Shown piece after piece: positions 59,523 through 64,000 of a stretch of DNA of 64,000 nt (its first letter is position 1; the number at the start of each line of letters is the position of its first letter). This DNA comes from an uncultured Chloroflexia bacterium. GTDB taxonomy: Bacteria; Chloroflexota; Dehalococcoidia; UBA2979. The position numbers and the translations under genes were made by a program. The notes beneath the pieces are model-generated. The model ran no database searches and had not been told where the DNA came from. It saw only the letters and a program-made list of their open reading frames with translations. Location: positions 64,001 through 128,000 of the forward strand of contig CAVSIV010000002.1 of NCBI GenBank assembly GCA_963728205.1, in the 5' to 3' direction.

Positions 59523-61939
59523 GCGAGTGGATCCTGGCGTACGACGGGTACGACCCCGACCAGGAGCAGTTGCGCGAAGCCCTCTGCACGGTCGGTAACG
59601 GGTATTTCGGGACGCGCGGCGCGGGGGCGGACGTCGATGCCGGTGGCCCGCACTACCCGGGGACGTACATGGCCGGGGTGCTCAACCGCCTCTCGACGGA
59701 GATCGAGGGGCATACCGTCACGAACGCCAGCATCGTCAACCTTCCGAACTGGCTCCCCCTCCGCATCCGGCCTGAGGGCGGCGCGTGGTTCCGCACGGAT
59801 GCCGTCGAGTTGCAGGAGTACCGGCAAGAGCTCGACGTGCGCCGGGGCACACTGACGCGCTTCGTCCGCTACACGGATGCCGACGGCCGGACGACGCGGC
59901 TCACGGAGCGACGCTTCGCGCACATGGAAGACCCACACCTCGCAGGCATCGAGCTGACGGTCGTCCCCGAGGGCTGGTCGGGGCGGCTGGAGGTGCTGAG
60001 CGCCCTGGACGGGGGTGTGACGAACGCCGGCGTGCAGCGCTACTCAGGCCTCGACGGGCAGCACCTCGAGCCGCTCGTCGCCGAGCAGGTCGACGGCGAG
60101 ACCATCGCCCTGCAGGTGCGGACGAACCAGTCGCACGTGCGCGTGGCCGAGGCGGCGCGCACCCGGGTCTGGCGCGGCGCCGACGAGGAGTGCCGCGTCG
60201 ATGCGGGCCGCACGCTGGAGCAGCGCGCCGGATACGTCGCGCAGCGCTGGTTCGTCGACGTGCACGACGGCGAGCCGATCGCGCTCGAGAAGATCGTCGC
60301 CATCTACTCGTCGCGGGACGCGGCGATCTCCGAGAGCCGCGAGCAGGCCCGCATCGCCATCGACCGCGCCGGCGGCTTCGAGTCGCTGCTCGATCGCCAC
60401 GTCCTCGCGTGGGGCGACCTCTGGCGGCGGTTCCGCGTGCGGGTGCAGGCGGAGGAGCGCGTCGAGCGCGCGCTGCACGTCCACCTCTTCCACATCCTGC
60501 AGACCGTGTCGCCGCACAGCATTGACGCCGACGTCGGCGTGCCGGCGCGGGGGCTGCACGGTGAGGCCTATCGCGGTCACATCTTCTGGGACGAGCTGTT
60601 CGTCTTTCCCTTCATCAACCTCCGCTACCCGCTCCTCGGCCGCTCGCTGCTGCGCTACCGCTATCGCCGGCTGAACGAGGCGCGCTGGCGCGCGCGCGAG
60701 TCCGGCTACCGCGGCGCGCTCTTCCCCTGGCAGAGCGGCAGCGACGGCCGCGAGGAGAGCCAGACGCTCCACCTCAACCCGCGCTCCGGCCGCTGGATCC
60801 CCGACAACTCGCAGCTCCAGCGGCACATCGACATCGCGATCGCCTACAACGTCTGGCAGTACTACCAGTCGACCGGCGACGTGGGGTACCTCGCCGCGGC
60901 CGGCGCGGAGATGCTCGTCGAGATCGCCCGCTTCTGGTCGAGCATCGCGGAGTACAACCGCGCAACCGACCGCTACGAGATCTGCGGCGTGATGGGGCCC
61001 GACGAGTACCACGACGGCTACCCGTGGCGCGACGAGCCCGGACTCGACAACAACGCCTACACCAACGTCATGGCGGCATGGGTGCTCTGCCGCGCCATCG
61101 AGGCGCTCGACCTCCTTCCCCGCCAGGCGCGCGACGCCCTCGATGAATACCTCGACCTCTCCGGGGACGAGGTCCAGCGCTGGGAAGACCTCTCGCGCAA
61201 GATGTACGTGCCGTTCCACGAGGACGCGGACGGCAACCCGATCGTGAGCCAGTTTGAGGGCTACGAGCGGCTCGAGGAGCTCGACTGGGAGAAGTACCGG
61301 TCCGAGCATGGCGACGCGATGCGCCTGGACCGCATCCTCGAGGCCGAGGACGACACGCCGAATCGCTACAAGGCCTCGAAGCAGGCCGACGTGCTGATGC
61401 TCGCCTTCTTGCTCTCGTCCGACGAGCTGACCGAGCTCTTCGCTCGCCTCGGCTACGCGTTCGACAGCGGCATGCTGCTCAACAACATCGAGTACTACCT
61501 CCGCCGCACCGCCAACGGCTCGACGCTCAGCGCGGTCGTCGACGCCTGGCTGCTCGCGCGGCGCGACCGCGAGCGCTCGTGGAGCTACTTCACCGAGGCG
61601 CTCGACAGCGACATCGAGGACGTGCAGGGCGGTACGACCCCCGAAGGCATCCACCTCGGCGCCATGGCGGGGACCGTGGACATCGTCCAGCGCGCCTACA
61701 CGGGCATGGAGATGCGCGGCGACGCGCTCCGCTTCGACCCGCAACTGCCCGACGAGCTCAAGCAGCTCGAGTTCGACATCGACTACCGGGGCCACTGGCT
61801 GCACCTCGACGTCTCGCACCAGCGCATGCGGTTCACGACACGCCCCGGGAACGTCGCGCCGATCCGGGTGGTCGTCCGGAACGGCCAGGAGCACGAACTG
61901 GAGCTCGCACCGGGCGAGACGCGCGAGGTGGCCCTGTAG
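59519..61939 (+). CDS. Glycoside hydrolase family 65 (trehalose/maltose phosphorylase-like)
   Basis: GNGYFGTRG, GEAYRGHIFWDE, GPDEYH, KQAD and GSTLS motifs. GTGA overlap. Confidence 0.93.
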   Translation: MSEWILAYDGYDPDQEQLREALCTVGNGYFGTRGAGADVDAGGPHYPGTYMAGVLNRLSTEIEGHTVTNASIVNLPNWLPLRIRPEGGAWFRTDAVELQEYRQELDVRRGTLTRFVRYTDADGRTTRLTERRFAHMEDPHLAGIELTVVPEGWSGRLEVLSALDGGVTNAGVQRYSGLDGQHLEPLVAEQVDGETIALQVRTNQSHVRVAEAARTRVWRGADEECRVDAGRTLEQRAGYVAQRWFVDVHDGEPIALEKIVAIYSSRDAAISESREQARIAIDRAGGFESLLDRHVLAWGDLWRRFRVRVQAEERVERALHVHLFHILQTVSPHSIDADVGVPARGLHGEAYRGHIFWDELFVFPFINLRYPLLGRSLLRYRYRRLNEARWRARESGYRGALFPWQSGSDGREESQTLHLNPRSGRWIPDNSQLQRHIDIAIAYNVWQYYQSTGDVGYLAAAGAEMLVEIARFWSSIAEYNRATDRYEICGVMGPDEYHDGYPWRDEPGLDNNAYTNVMAAWVLCRAIEALDLLPRQARDALDEYLDLSGDEVQRWEDLSRKMYVPFHEDADGNPIVSQFEGYERLEELDWEKYRSEHGDAMRLDRILEAEDDTPNRYKASKQADVLMLAFLLSSDELTELFARLGYAFDSGMLLNNIEYYLRRTANGSTLSAVVDAWLLARRDRERSWSYFTEALDSDIEDVQGGTTPEGIHLGAMAGTVDIVQRAYTGMEMRGDALRFDPQLPDELKQLEFDIDYRGHWLHLDVSHQRMRFTTRPGNVAPIRVVVRNGQEHELELAPGETREVAL

Positions 61940-61952
61940 GAAGGAGGCCGCG

Positions 61953-62924
61953 ATGTCCCGGGCTCTCCGCTTCGGCCGCTACACGGTCGAGATCGACCAC
62001 GCCGATAAGGTGTTCTTCCCGCGCGACGGCATCACCAAGGGCGACCTCGTCGATTACTACGACGCGGTCGCGTCCGCGCTGCTGCCGGGGCTGCGCGGAC
62101 GGCCGCTGTCGCTGGAGCGCTACCCGGACGGCATCGCACGCCAGGGCTTCTACCAGAAGCGCGTGCCTGACTACTTCCCCGAGTGGATCACGACGACGCG
62201 AGTGTCGTCGGGCGAGGGCCCGCTGGAGCAGGTGCTGTGCGACCAGCGGGCGACGCTCGCGTACCTCGTGGACCAGGGCTGCGTCACGCCTCACCCGTGG
62301 CTGAGCCGCGCCGACGCGCCCGACCGGCCCGACATGATCGTGTTCGACTTCGACCCCCCGGATGCGCAGGGTGACGACCCCGCGGAGGGGTTCGAGCCGG
62401 TCCGCGACGCCGCGTTCGCGATGCGCGAGCTCGTGCAGGACCTCGGCCTGGTGCCCTTCGTCCGCACCACCGGCTCGCGCGGGCTGCACGTCGTCGCGCC
62501 GGTGCGTCGCGAGCAGGGCTTCGACGACGCGCGCGACTTCGCGGCGGGAGCCGCGCGCCTGCTCGCCCGCCGCCACCCGGACGCGCTCACCGTCGAGATG
62601 CGCAAGGCGAAGCGGCGCGGGCGCGTGTTCGTCGACTGGCTGCGCAACGCGTACGGCCAGACGGCGGTCGCGTCGTACGCGGTGCGCGCGAGGCCGGGGG
62701 CACCCGTCGCGACGCCGCTCGACTGGGACGAGCTGCGCAGCCGCTCCCTGCACGCGCAGACGTATCGCATCGACAACGTGCTGCGGCGGCTCGGGCAGAA
62801 GGACGACCCGTGGGACGGCTTCGCGCGGCGTGCCCGCTCGCTCGGCGCGCCGCGGCGGCGCCTGGCGCGCATGCTCGACGACGCCGAGCGACCGGCGTCC
62901 GGCGAGGCCGCCGGCGGTGCCTGA
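61953..62924 (+). CDS. ligD: Stand-alone LigD-type primase-polymerase domain
   Basis: TKGDLVDYY, RYPDG, FYQK, FDFDP, TTGSRGLH and DWLRN...GQT motifs. No ligase domain. Confidence 0.88.
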   Translation: MSRALRFGRYTVEIDHADKVFFPRDGITKGDLVDYYDAVASALLPGLRGRPLSLERYPDGIARQGFYQKRVPDYFPEWITTTRVSSGEGPLEQVLCDQRATLAYLVDQGCVTPHPWLSRADAPDRPDMIVFDFDPPDAQGDDPAEGFEPVRDAAFAMRELVQDLGLVPFVRTTGSRGLHVVAPVRREQGFDDARDFAAGAARLLARRHPDALTVEMRKAKRRGRVFVDWLRNAYGQTAVASYAVRARPGAPVATPLDWDELRSRSLHAQTYRIDNVLRRLGQKDDPWDGFARRARSLGAPRRRLARMLDDAERPASGEAAGGA

Positions 62925-63705
62925 GCTCGCCGACGTCGAGGGCTTTCGCCGCTACTTCGCACGCTACGCCGTCGGCAAGCGGATCGCGCGCGTGACCGTG
63001 GGTGCGCCCGAGATCCTGCGCAACACCTCGCCGCAGGGCCTGGGCCGCGCGCTCGCCGGCGAGCGCTTCGGCGACCCGCGCCGCCGCGGGAAGTGGCTGA
63101 TCGCCCCCGCCGCCGACCGCGCCGTGGTGTTCCACTTCGGCATGACCGGCGACCTCGACTGGCACGGCGCCGACCCGCCGCCCGACGACTTCGCGCGCGC
63201 CGCCTTCCACCTCGACGAAGGCGTGCTGCGCTATCGCTCGCAGCGCAAGCTCGGCGGCATCTGGCTCGCGGACGGCGCGGACGAGGACGCCCTGCAGGAG
63301 GTGGCCGGCGCGCTGGGCCCCGACGCCGATCGCATCGATCGCGACGCGTTCGTCGCGCTGCTCGACGCGCATCGCAAACAGATCAAGTCGCTGTTGATGG
63401 ACCAGGCGCGCATCGCCGGCCTCGGCAACGAGCTCGCCGACGAAGTCCTGTGGCGGGCGGGCGTGCGCCCAGACGTGACGGCGTCGGACCTGGGCACGCG
63501 CCGCGCCGACCGCCTCTTCGACGCGATGCGGGACGTCCTCCGCGCGGCGAAGCGCCACGGCCGCATCCCCGTCGCCGACGACTGGCTGCGCGGCCAGCGC
63601 GAGGCCGACACGCCGAGGTGCCCGCGTTGCGGCCGCACCCTCGAGCGCTCGCAGGTCGGCGGGCGCACCACGCTGTGGTGCCGCCACGACCAGCGGGCCG
63701 CCTGA
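62917..63705 (+). CDS. Fpg/Nei family DNA glycosylase
   Basis: MPELADVE, RRGKWL, HFGMTG, LMDQ..IAGLGN..ADEVLW and a C-terminal CPRCG zinc finger. Confidence 0.9.
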   Translation: MPELADVEGFRRYFARYAVGKRIARVTVGAPEILRNTSPQGLGRALAGERFGDPRRRGKWLIAPAADRAVVFHFGMTGDLDWHGADPPPDDFARAAFHLDEGVLRYRSQRKLGGIWLADGADEDALQEVAGALGPDADRIDRDAFVALLDAHRKQIKSLLMDQARIAGLGNELADEVLWRAGVRPDVTASDLGTRRADRLFDAMRDVLRAAKRHGRIPVADDWLRGQREADTPRCPRCGRTLERSQVGGRTTLWCRHDQRAA

Positions 63706-63708
63706 CCC

Positions 63709-64000
63709 GTGACGCTCTACGTCGGGACGTCGGGCTGGCAGTACCGCCACTGGCGCGGCACCTTCTACCCCCGCGGCGTGCGACAGGACGACTGGCTCGA
63801 GTACTTCGCGCAGCACTTCGCGACCGTCGAGGTGAACAACACCTTCTACCAGCTCCCCGAGCGCGACACGTTCGCGGACTGGGCCGGCCGGGTGCCGGGC
63901 GACTTCGTCTACGCGCTGAAGTTCAGCCGCTACCTCACGCATACGAAGCGGCTGCACGACCCATCGGCGGCCGTCGACCACTTCTTCGCCCGCGCCGAGC
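63709..64000 (+). CDS. DUF72 (YecE-like) protein, 5' part
   Basis: Manual translation from GTG 63709 gives MTLYVGTSGWQYRHWRGTFYP...FATVEVNNTFY...LKFSRYLTH. It runs off the window. Confidence 0.9.
   Translation, partial: MTLYVGTSGWQYRHWRGTFYPRGVRQDDWLEYFAQHFATVEVNNTFYQLPERDTFADWAGRVPGDFVYALKFSRYLTHTKRLHDPSAAVDHFFARAE

Noticed and set aside
61953-62924. Complete NHEJ system
   Set aside because: Only the polymerase domain is present, with no Ku or ligase in the window.

Overview
Very GC-rich bacterial chromosomal window. Its gene mix (LLM/F420 oxidoreductases, CaiB/BaiF, crotonase, SDRs, epoxide hydrolase, tRNA-Arg(GCG)) suggests Chloroflexota/Dehalococcoidia, which is inference only. It holds housekeeping genes (eno, xerD, uvrC, tag, acnA, pepN, glnII, pncA/pncB), three tRNAs (Arg-GCG, Leu-CAG, Val-CAC), many catabolic enzymes and transporters, and a trehalose plus DNA-repair operon (otsB-GH65-LigD polymerase-Fpg/Nei-DUF72). 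I saw no CRISPR array, prophage or transposase. The best novelty candidate is a coupled three-gene operon at 33955-35868 encoding an intact DUF455-like diiron protein, a 2x[4Fe-4S] ferredoxin and a ligand-degenerate ferritin-like partner, which may form an uncharacterised alpha/beta diiron oxygenase. Other signals are three REP-like palindrome families (one expanded into a 15-unit array upstream of uvrC, one read into a peptidase C-terminus), a GlnR-like box before GSII, two +1 frameshifts at the same CAGAATC heptamer, an in-frame amber codon in a YyaL-like gene, a candidate sRNA, a deletion scar and a probable pseudo-patatin. Products were assigned by motif recognition, not database searches.
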